Origin: a virus
Lineage: Duplodnaviria > Caudoviricetes
Virus record (IMG/VR): IMGVR_UViG_3300032216_001741
Coordinates: 1 to 31,071 of that record
Length of the DNA stretch: 31,071 nt
Direction: 5' to 3' (one strand)
Under the pieces are notes generated by a model. The model ran no database searches, was not told the DNA's origin, and saw only the letters and a program-made list of their open reading frames with translations. Shown here piece after piece: positions 16,037 to 24,528 of the stretch (positions are counted from its first letter, which is position 1; every line of letters begins with the position of its first letter). Made by a program: the position numbers and the translations under genes.

Positions 16037-18484
16037 TTAGTCGCCTACTAAGCTGTGCATTGTGAAACGGTTACTAGCAGTATTATTACTCGTTATTGTT
16101 ACAAAGTAATACTGAGATGCTTTAGATACTTGTCCTTGCACTAGACCGCCAGTTACGTTTTGGTTTACACCATCTGTACCGCAATACAAGCACTGACCAT
16201 CGTCTGTAATAAATGTTGATAAGTCATTACCTGGACGACCTTGACCCATAATAGTACTCATACGTGTGTTGCTAGGCATTTTAATTGGCCAGTAGTGGTA
16301 CATGCCGCCTGTTTCAGGATTTTGTGCAGGGTCGGCCGATTTGTTATATGATTTACCTACATATCCTAAACTCAAACTACCTACTGAATTTAATCCTTGT
16401 CCCCAAACACGGCCATTTTCGTCTAACATCATAATAGTAAAGTAGTTGGCCGAATTACCGTTTTCATTATTAGTAATTTGTACAACGTTACGTGGGCCTC
16501 GGATTAAACTCCAAGGACCTTGTGCGCCATATGTTGCTGTATCATATGCTTGTGTTGCACTTGTAATAGTGTTTTGTCCGTTGTCGCCCATACCGTAAGT
16601 TAAACCAGTATCTTTTTCACGAATAAACACATTGCAAGAAGTTGTATTTCCAAGAATCCAGAAATTCTCAACTTGTTTAATGTTGTAGTTTGTAGTCATG
16701 TACTTGGTAAATCTGTTAACATAACGACCTACGTTATTTGTTGTATCAGCGGCTACACCATAGAATGGACTATTAGGAGCCATTGCTGATGGGAACTGTC
16801 CTGATCCAAACAAGCTACCATCGTTAGTTAGAATCATAACAAATCGTGCTGAGTTAGCTCCTGCATGAGCATAGGACATCTTTTTAACTCCGCCAAACTT
16901 CTTAAAATCAAATGGAATACGTGTTGGAATAACACGAGTATTGTTGGTAGCTGGTTGGCCGCCCATACCTAATTCGCCTGACCAATCTGATCCCCAACCC
17001 CATAGATCTCCGTCTTCGTCTAGTGCTATACATGTAGCATAATCGTGTCCAAAAGTTATAAAATCCACAATCTTTTTATTATCAAAGAACGTAGCTGGAA
17101 TACGTATCGGGTTCAACTGGTTAGTTAGTGATAAGTTGCTGTTAGTTACAGCGTTACCTAGGCCCAACTGTCCTCGATCATTCTTGCCCCATCCCCATAA
17201 GCTACCGTCAAATCCTAGAGCAAACCAAGTGCCGTCAATTTGACTTGCAACGCCTACGATAGAAGTATCAATTTTAATAATTTTAGTCTGATTAAAACTA
17301 CGAGGCAATGTTTCACCCAACCATCCCGATGTAGACAAGTTAGTTACTCGGTGTGTAACTGAATATTGTGTAGCACTGGTCATACCTGCTTGGCCTGACG
17401 AGTTGTTAATTCCTGAATAATAAACTTCGCCGTTGTTAAATAACCAGCAACTGGCTTGGAATGCCTTGACCCATTGAATGCAACGTGGAGGCAATCCGTC
17501 CGGAGTTGGTAACCAACCGCTAGACAATGTGCCTAAGCCTAAACTTGTTTGATTATCAGTACTACGCATCCAATCTACAAATGTAAATGCACTTGGTTGC
17601 CAGCTGTTAATCCAATCTCTAATGCCACGGCCTGCGGTGTTGTACTGGCTGTCATTCCAACCATTACTGTAAGGAACGCCATCAGCACCAATAAATCCAA
17701 TCATGTTGCCGTCGGACACTACAGTGTTGGGATAATCACCGTTGTTACGAGTCCAACCTAATGGTTGCATATTTGGTGTTGCAACCGCATATAAACGACG
17801 TGTATCTCTATTAGGGTTAGTAAACACACGAGTCCAATATGTTGGATCTTCTGGATGTGTATTACGTACTGGTGCATAATTTAAATTAACTGTAGGAGCA
17901 GTTTGATAATTTAGTCCTGGATGAGTGATAACTACACCAGTAACAATGCCGTTAGCCACGATTGCATAACCTTGTGCGCCTGCTGAACCGCGTAGGCTAT
18001 CAAATCCAAATGTTACTAAAGGTGCTTGTGAATAACCTGTGCCGCCGTTAGTAATAGTTACACTAACTACACTACCTTGACCATTGATTGTTGCTGTTGC
18101 TGTTGCATTTTGTCCTGGCATACCTGTGTACATGAACAAGTCGCCACCGTAACGTACTACGTCGCCGTATGTATAAACACGGTGTGGAGCCCAGCCACGT
18201 TTAAATGTATTGCCGCGGGCAATTAGTCTCCAATATTGTGTTTCAATATCTGGACGTTTGTCTACAAAGTAGATTTCAGGACTAGAAGCATACCACGGAC
18301 CAGCACTACCTGCACCGTTGTTAACCACCTGGTGATCCATAGCGATTTTCCACTCGTCCGAAACATCTTGTAAACATACATAAGCGGAGTTATTAAACTG
18401 CACTATATCATTTTTCTTGTATATTGTTGCGGTTTGCCATTGGCCTCGGTAGTTGAATTTAAATTGCGAAACTGTTAGTCCCAT
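16037..18484 (-). CDS. RCC1/BLIP-II repeat protein with N-terminal CBM-like repeats (815 aa)
   Basis: RCC1-type repeats: DGSLWGWGKNDRGQLGLG, DGDLWGWGSDWSGELGMG, NGRVWGQGLNSVGSLSLG. N-terminal W...Y..[GN]D.V.[YF] repeats. Confidence 0.85.
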   Translation of the reverse strand: MGLTVSQFKFNYRGQWQTATIYKKNDIVQFNNSAYVCLQDVSDEWKIAMDHQVVNNGAGSAGPWYASSPEIYFVDKRPDIETQYWRLIARGNTFKRGWAPHRVYTYGDVVRYGGDLFMYTGMPGQNATATATINGQGSVVSVTITNGGTGYSQAPLVTFGFDSLRGSAGAQGYAIVANGIVTGVVITHPGLNYQTAPTVNLNYAPVRNTHPEDPTYWTRVFTNPNRDTRRLYAVATPNMQPLGWTRNNGDYPNTVVSDGNMIGFIGADGVPYSNGWNDSQYNTAGRGIRDWINSWQPSAFTFVDWMRSTDNQTSLGLGTLSSGWLPTPDGLPPRCIQWVKAFQASCWLFNNGEVYYSGINNSSGQAGMTSATQYSVTHRVTNLSTSGWLGETLPRSFNQTKIIKIDTSIVGVASQIDGTWFALGFDGSLWGWGKNDRGQLGLGNAVTNSNLSLTNQLNPIRIPATFFDNKKIVDFITFGHDYATCIALDEDGDLWGWGSDWSGELGMGGQPATNNTRVIPTRIPFDFKKFGGVKKMSYAHAGANSARFVMILTNDGSLFGSGQFPSAMAPNSPFYGVAADTTNNVGRYVNRFTKYMTTNYNIKQVENFWILGNTTSCNVFIREKDTGLTYGMGDNGQNTITSATQAYDTATYGAQGPWSLIRGPRNVVQITNNENGNSANYFTIMMLDENGRVWGQGLNSVGSLSLGYVGKSYNKSADPAQNPETGGMYHYWPIKMPSNTRMSTIMGQGRPGNDLSTFITDDGQCLYCGTDGVNQNVTGGLVQGQVSKASQYYFVTITSNNTASNRFTMHSLVGD

Positions 18485-18496
18485 GATTCTTTCCTA

Positions 18497-18895
18497 TTAA
18501 AATCCCAGATTACTAAAGTAATCATCGTGTTCTTTTTTAAGAGCTGTTAGTGTATCGATAGTATATTTATCGCCAACTGCTAAGTTAGTTAGTACGGTAA
18601 AAATATCCATATCTAATTTGCTCTTGATATCGTGTGTTTCTTGTTGTACAACCCATAGTTTGTGTTTTACATGATTTAAATAGTCTGCATCTTCTGCAAC
18701 AGTAAGATCATATACCTTAACTTGAAACCTGTCATCGTTATCAGCTAACTCAACTGCGGCAGGATCAAAACTATAAAATTCTTTATTATCAAATTCGCCC
18801 AAAAACTTATAACTAGTCTTGGAATCATATGATTCCAAGAATACGGGCTCGTTATATCCCTCTAGTTTTTCTTCTGTTCGACTAAAAATCTTCAT
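18497..18895 (-). CDS. Hypothetical protein (132 aa), possible fibre assembly chaperone
   Basis: Start reassigned to ATG 18895 (MKIFSRTEEK), 1 nt after the upstream TAA (TAATATG, as at 282). The ORF-track extension to 19036 overlaps the RCC1 gene. Charged composition unlike the flanking fibres. Confidence 0.7.
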   Translation of the reverse strand: MKIFSRTEEKLEGYNEPVFLESYDSKTSYKFLGEFDNKEFYSFDPAAVELADNDDRFQVKVYDLTVAEDADYLNHVKHKLWVVQQETHDIKSKLDMDIFTVLTNLAVGDKYTIDTLTALKKEHDDYFSNLGF

Positions 18896-18896
18896 A

Positions 18897-21422
18897 TTAT
18901 CTCGCCCATGAAATACAAACTGGCTGTGGTGTAGGCACGCCACGGTTTGTACGCCAGTTATAGCCAACAAACCCGCCTTCAAAACCTGCATGGATAGCGT
19001 TACTTCTTGCCATACCCCAACCAAATACTTGTCCAATATCTGTCATAGCAAACATACCGTGTTGTGTATCCACAGACGATGCAAAATCACTAGTAGACAT
19101 ACCGCCTGGCATTAACTGTACTGGTTTAGTTCCAGGAAATGAATAAGTTACTACCGGATTATATGTACTACCTTGTGTTTCATCTGTAGGATTTGAACCA
19201 GAGCCTGGGCCAATAGCTGGGTTACCAAGTTCTCCGTATCCGTTATAACCTTGGCTAAAGATTTTTCCACTATCAGTTAACCAAGTGACAGTTCTGTATG
19301 CGCCGCTGGTTGACACATGCATGTAGACATCTCTTACGTTAACAATACCTGTGGCTTGGCCTGTAGGCAATGTTCCGGATAATGGATTAGTTGCCGCAGT
19401 AATTACATTTGAACCAGTTGCAATAGACACAGCAGTTGTACCATAACCCATTGTGTTGTTTCCGCTGGTTGTTGCTCCGCTTCCACAACTATACGTTAAA
19501 CCAGAAATATTTCTAACAAATGTTTGTGTATATCCACTGTTATCGCCAGACCATAAACACCAGAAGTTAGTAATTGTGCCAGCTGGTCCTGCGGTAGACT
19601 TTGTTAATGTTGTTCTACTGGCAGCGGCTGCGGCAAAACATCCAGCACCGTATGCATCGTAGCCAACATGCCATACAAATCCGTTGCCGTCTAGAATCAT
19701 AAACATACCGTTAGTACCAGCATTGGCTGCTTGCCATTTTACAATACCGTTATTTGAAGCTGGAGACCATGTGCCTGGACTCATTTGTACTGGACGCTGA
19801 CGGTTTGTTGTATCGCCTGTGCCTAGTTGGCTAACACCGTTATAACCCCAAGCAAAAATATTATTTTGTGCAGTTCTTGCATAGCTTACACCAGCACCAC
19901 TATTGCCCATCGTTAAAATATCAACTACACGTTCATTACCAAAATAGCTACGTGGTATACGCTGAGCAGTATACATGTCTGTTTGGTGTCCTAGACCCAA
20001 TTGTCCTACGTTGTTTGAACCCCATGACCATACATAGCCTTGGTCATCTAATGCCAACACATGGTGTGCGTCTGCGTTGACTGGGCCGTATGGAGCTGAA
20101 ATCTTAACAATTTTAACATCATTAAGGCCTTCAACACGTACTGGTATGCCAAATGTACTAGTAACACCAGTACCTAAATATCCGCTACCATTTTGTCCAT
20201 TGCCCCAAACTTCACCATTATTAAACAAATAGTGGGCCCACTGAAATCCTGCTTCAATTTGGATACAGCGAGGTGGCATACCATCAGGTGTAACCAAACG
20301 TCCAGTACCTCCGTTATCACGGCTCATCCACCAATCGTGGTGATTGAACACAACTTCTTGTGGGTAAGAAACAAATGTTTGCGTATTTGTAATGTCAGTT
20401 CCATGGTTAAAGTTAGTACCGTTTCCATGATTGTATACGCGACCACTACGAGTAATCCATTTCATTGCCGCATGATGATTACTGTTGCCTTGATTTCCGT
20501 GTGGGTAAGGCCATCCAATTGGGCCTTTGTTCATGAACCAACCTACGCTATTATGTTCTGTTCTACGATCGCCGTTAACCAACAACATCCAATTGTGATT
20601 ACCGGTATTGCCTGTGGTGAATTGTGTTCCATTGGCCAAATATGTGGCAACTAACGAAGATGTATAGGCTGTTGGTCCAACAGGTTCTGCTGGGAATGAT
20701 CCAATATTATCGGCTAGAGCAAGATAAGTTGCACCTTGATATTCTACAATATTATTATAGTAATACTGTGTGGTAGAATTCCATGTGCCGATAAAACTGA
20801 ATCCTGAAGTTAGTTGATCCCAATACTGATAACCTCTCCAGCCTGCGGCAATAGTTAGTGTTGAACGCGGAGTAAGACTTACACCGCCGTACCCTGCATC
20901 TGTAGTTGAATAAAAATATAAAGAACCTACAAAATTGCTAGATAACACTACATCAAGTACACCGTCAACACCGGCAGTTCCGCTGTATGAATATGTATAA
21001 CTTGAGCTTGAGTTACTAAGTTCTACTCCGTTTGATCCAAAAATACCGTCAGGTGTTACTGACAACGCAAACTTGTGAGCCACATTGCTTGGATCCTTCT
21101 GATAAAATCTATAGTGTACGCCAGCATATAATGTTAAACTTGGTGCTTGTCGTCCATCGATAAAGAAATAGTTTACACTATTAACAGTCGATACTGTGAC
21201 GTTAAATGTAATAATTTCCGAAGGATCAACAGTTTTAGCCACAACGTTTGCACGATCGCGTTTGCCCGGACTATATTCTGTACCAGAACCAACTGTGTGT
21301 CCTTGTGTACAAATCCATATGGCACTATTGTAAGCCACAATGTCGTTGGGCAGGTAACTGTTACCAGTTGTCCATGTACCTCTCCAAAGCTGTTTAACTT
21401 TACCTAAATCTAATGTTGACAT
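18897..21422 (-). CDS. RCC1/BLIP-II repeat protein with CBM-like repeats and cupredoxin-like insert (841 aa)
   Basis: NGEVWGNGQNGSGYLGTG, HVLALDDQGYVWSWGSNNVGQLGLG, IFAWGYNGVSQLGTGDTTNRQRPV, SGKIFSQGYNGYGELG. Confidence 0.88.
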   Translation of the reverse strand: MSTLDLGKVKQLWRGTWTTGNSYLPNDIVAYNSAIWICTQGHTVGSGTEYSPGKRDRANVVAKTVDPSEIITFNVTVSTVNSVNYFFIDGRQAPSLTLYAGVHYRFYQKDPSNVAHKFALSVTPDGIFGSNGVELSNSSSSYTYSYSGTAGVDGVLDVVLSSNFVGSLYFYSTTDAGYGGVSLTPRSTLTIAAGWRGYQYWDQLTSGFSFIGTWNSTTQYYYNNIVEYQGATYLALADNIGSFPAEPVGPTAYTSSLVATYLANGTQFTTGNTGNHNWMLLVNGDRRTEHNSVGWFMNKGPIGWPYPHGNQGNSNHHAAMKWITRSGRVYNHGNGTNFNHGTDITNTQTFVSYPQEVVFNHHDWWMSRDNGGTGRLVTPDGMPPRCIQIEAGFQWAHYLFNNGEVWGNGQNGSGYLGTGVTSTFGIPVRVEGLNDVKIVKISAPYGPVNADAHHVLALDDQGYVWSWGSNNVGQLGLGHQTDMYTAQRIPRSYFGNERVVDILTMGNSGAGVSYARTAQNNIFAWGYNGVSQLGTGDTTNRQRPVQMSPGTWSPASNNGIVKWQAANAGTNGMFMILDGNGFVWHVGYDAYGAGCFAAAAASRTTLTKSTAGPAGTITNFWCLWSGDNSGYTQTFVRNISGLTYSCGSGATTSGNNTMGYGTTAVSIATGSNVITAATNPLSGTLPTGQATGIVNVRDVYMHVSTSGAYRTVTWLTDSGKIFSQGYNGYGELGNPAIGPGSGSNPTDETQGSTYNPVVTYSFPGTKPVQLMPGGMSTSDFASSVDTQHGMFAMTDIGQVFGWGMARSNAIHAGFEGGFVGYNWRTNRGVPTPQPVCISWAR

Positions 21423-21431
21423 GTTTTATCC

Positions 21432-24400
21432 TTAATCTGTAATTGGTATTGACATTGTTTCTGTGTGGTAGTTAGAGCCGGCAGTAGTTGTTCCACCAGC
21501 TATACGAATCTGACCCCATGGGTTAAAATATTCACCGCTAATACCAAACGAGCCTGATAGCATAACTCGCCCATCATTGTTTACCCACATTAACCAGAAA
21601 CTAGCAGTGTTGTATCCGTAGCCCATACAGTCTGCCAAGTTGCCTTGCATGCCTGGAGGTGTTCGCATTGGTTGCCATACAAACGACGCGACTAATTCAA
21701 TACCGTTTGGTTCATTTGCTGTCTGTGCGCCAGAAAGTGCAGGTACCGTTCCTGGTATAGTTGTAGTATCATACATGTTAGATATTTGTGTAGCATTTTG
21801 ACTATATCCAATACTAGCTTGCCCGTAAAGATTATAACCAATACTGAATCCCATACCGTTATCTAATACTACTGTGGCTGTACAGTATGTTGAGTTAGAA
21901 GTAAATGCCAGTTGTTTAACGTTTACCAAGTTGTAAAGTGTTCCGCCCACATTCATTTTACTAATAGCATAGGTGTTACTTGATGAATTACCAAGTCCGC
22001 TTGCGCCTAATTGTCCATAGTTGTTATATCCTGCGGTCCAGCAGAATCCAGTATTTTTATCACGTTGCAATAAGGTTGCATAACGACCGCCGGTGCCGTA
22101 TAACCAAAAATCTCTGGCTGCACTATTACCAGCCGATCCTGGGCCGCCACCAATGTTGGTCCATGCGTTAACCGGAGTTGTTGCAAATCCCATCCATCCA
22201 CTGGCATTGTTACCTGTACAGAAAATCTGTCCTGTGCTGGTTAAAATTGCCGCACATGCATAAGTTGTTGAGCTTGCATCATCTAACACTTGAATTTTTA
22301 CAATATTACCAATAGCACCGCTACCAAAATATGTGCTAGGTTGTCCGCCTACGTTAGATATCTGTACTGGAGCAAAACGATTAGTAGTAGTTCCATCACC
22401 TAATTGGCCGCTGGCATTATAGCCCCACGCCCATAAGTTACCGTCTTGGGTAACTGCATAGCTCCATCCTTGTACGCCAGATCCGCAAGCCCATATAGCA
22501 ACAACGCTTTGGCCTGCTGGGTTTGCCGCTGTGGTAAATGCAGTTCTAGGAAACTGTTGCGGCATATTCTGGTTTGCGGTTTGCTGACTTGTTAACGGAT
22601 CAATAGCATTCATGCCCAACTGCCCGTAATTATTAGTGCCCCAAACCCATAGCTGGCCACTTTCATCAATAGCCAAACAGTGGCCGTTAGTTCTTGGATC
22701 ACCGCAACCGCCGCTCATACTAATACGTTTGATACGAACGTTAAACCAAGCATGTCCTGCTGTATAACGTGTACCGTTTGTGTATGTGGTACCTGTTGGG
22801 CTGGTAGCATTATAAACTGCTGTTAAACTTCCGCCAACACGTACTGGATAGCCTCTTGCGGAACCACTATTGTCACCGTTTTCTCCGTAGTTTCCTTGTC
22901 CCCAAGCAAATACTTCGCCTGAATTCATTAAAACTAAATTACGGTCATATGATTTTTCCCACTGAATTACACGAGGAATACCACCGTCTGGGGTAGAATG
23001 AATGCCAGAACCACCGCCACTAACACTTCTCCAATAGTCATAGAATGGGAATGTCATTGAATTCAATGCTGAATTGTTGTTAGCAGAACCTGTGGTGTTT
23101 AATTGTTGAGTATCAGGATAGCCTAATGATCCGTTTATGTCTTTACCCCAATTCATAACTTGGCCGTTAGCAGTTACATAGCCAAATGTTGGACTGTCTG
23201 TGGTATTTTTTGTTGCACCACCGTAGTACTGTGATGTATTATCAAATGCAATACCTCTGTTAGGTAATACTAAACTTGAATAATTTTGATTCGAATACAC
23301 ACCTAGTTGATATGAACCAAACAATGAATTTGGTGTAACTTGTGCATTTAAAATACCTTTACGGTTCATTGGCAACCAGTAAGTTGAATCTATTGGTGTA
23401 ATATTTGTTCCGGTATTGCTAGCAGTATGTGCAAGGATACAATAGTACGCTTGTACTACTGTACGATTTAATGAGTAGTTAGCTACAACAGTAGTTGGTA
23501 AGTTTTGTAGTGATGTAGGTGTAGAATACAATACAACATCTCCTACCGCGTATGCTTGTCCGTTAGTCCATGTTCCTTGATTGTTAAACATTTGACTAAA
23601 CGAAGACCAGTAGCTATTGTTTATTGCGGGTGTTGAATTTGCAAATATAGTAGACCATGTAATGCTACCTGTTGTAACAGATACTGATTTGCTAACTGTA
23701 TATGCGCCAATACCATTACCAGTTGCTGCCGCTGTGATAGTATTAGTTGCGACAACACTACTTACAGTTCCTAAACTTCCTGACTGCAATGTTGCTGTTG
23801 TAGTATTAGCATAAGTCACTGTTGTTGCAGTACTTGTTATAACAACATATGATCCATTATAGCCAAATGGCGTAATACCTTGAACAACAATAGTAGAACC
23901 GCTAGCAAATGGAGTACTTGTAGGTTGTGTTGCAAATGTTAGTGTTGCAACAGAACCAGTTCCAGTTGCATTAATAACGTTGATAGGACTTGTTGATCCA
24001 ACAATAGTCTGCCCTACGGCAATTGAACCATATGCATTAAACAAGGTACCAGTCATAATTGGATTACCAACACTGCTTGAACCAAATGTATAAGCAGTAA
24101 ATGTAATATATGTTCCGGCAATTGCATTAGCATAAGTTGTTGACAATGTTAATTGTGTATTAGACAACACGTTACCAACATAATAAGTTGTTGCTGTTAA
24201 TCCACCGCCTGCATTTCCACTAACAACAAATGTATTTCCAGTTTGTAATCCAGTAGTACTTGCTACAGTAACAGTAGTACCTGCTGATGTAGAAATAATG
24301 TTTACACCACCTTCTGGAGTAATTGGACTCACCGATGTTACTGTTAGGGTGCTACCTAACTGACTACCAACAAATGCGGCTGCTCGTGTTGGTTGAGTGC

Positions 24401-24515
24401 AAACCCACTGCTGATTTCGATATGTAACAATATCGTTCGTAACATAGGCTGTCGACGGATTATAATCCCCTCTCCAATCTAGTCTTAATTTTCCTAAGTT
24501 TATTGTCTGTGCCAT
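21432..24515 (-). CDS. RCC1/BLIP-II repeat protein with CBM-like repeats and nested beta-module insert (1027 aa)
   Basis: SGEVFAWGQGNYGENG, HCLAIDESGQLWVWGTNNYGQLG, DGNLWAWGYNASGQLGDGTTTNRFAPV, CWTAGYNNYGQLG. Confidence 0.88.
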   Translation of the reverse strand: MAQTINLGKLRLDWRGDYNPSTAYVTNDIVTYRNQQWVCTQPTRAAAFVGSQLGSTLTVTSVSPITPEGGVNIISTSAGTTVTVASTTGLQTGNTFVVSGNAGGGLTATTYYVGNVLSNTQLTLSTTYANAIAGTYITFTAYTFGSSSVGNPIMTGTLFNAYGSIAVGQTIVGSTSPINVINATGTGSVATLTFATQPTSTPFASGSTIVVQGITPFGYNGSYVVITSTATTVTYANTTTATLQSGSLGTVSSVVATNTITAAATGNGIGAYTVSKSVSVTTGSITWSTIFANSTPAINNSYWSSFSQMFNNQGTWTNGQAYAVGDVVLYSTPTSLQNLPTTVVANYSLNRTVVQAYYCILAHTASNTGTNITPIDSTYWLPMNRKGILNAQVTPNSLFGSYQLGVYSNQNYSSLVLPNRGIAFDNTSQYYGGATKNTTDSPTFGYVTANGQVMNWGKDINGSLGYPDTQQLNTTGSANNNSALNSMTFPFYDYWRSVSGGGSGIHSTPDGGIPRVIQWEKSYDRNLVLMNSGEVFAWGQGNYGENGDNSGSARGYPVRVGGSLTAVYNATSPTGTTYTNGTRYTAGHAWFNVRIKRISMSGGCGDPRTNGHCLAIDESGQLWVWGTNNYGQLGMNAIDPLTSQQTANQNMPQQFPRTAFTTAANPAGQSVVAIWACGSGVQGWSYAVTQDGNLWAWGYNASGQLGDGTTTNRFAPVQISNVGGQPSTYFGSGAIGNIVKIQVLDDASSTTYACAAILTSTGQIFCTGNNASGWMGFATTPVNAWTNIGGGPGSAGNSAARDFWLYGTGGRYATLLQRDKNTGFCWTAGYNNYGQLGASGLGNSSSNTYAISKMNVGGTLYNLVNVKQLAFTSNSTYCTATVVLDNGMGFSIGYNLYGQASIGYSQNATQISNMYDTTTIPGTVPALSGAQTANEPNGIELVASFVWQPMRTPPGMQGNLADCMGYGYNTASFWLMWVNNDGRVMLSGSFGISGEYFNPWGQIRIAGGTTTAGSNYHTETMSIPITD

Positions 24516-24528
24516 GCTATTATCCTAA

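Noticed and set aside
18896-19036. ORF-track 47-aa N-terminal extension of the small gene
   Set aside because: Overlaps the RCC1 gene in another frame; the coupled ATG at 18895 is preferred.
16037-24515. Eukaryotic or giant-virus origin implied by RCC1 repeats
   Set aside because: Shine-Dalgarno sites, intrinsic terminators, T4-type late promoters and gp13/14/15 homologues indicate a bacteriophage.
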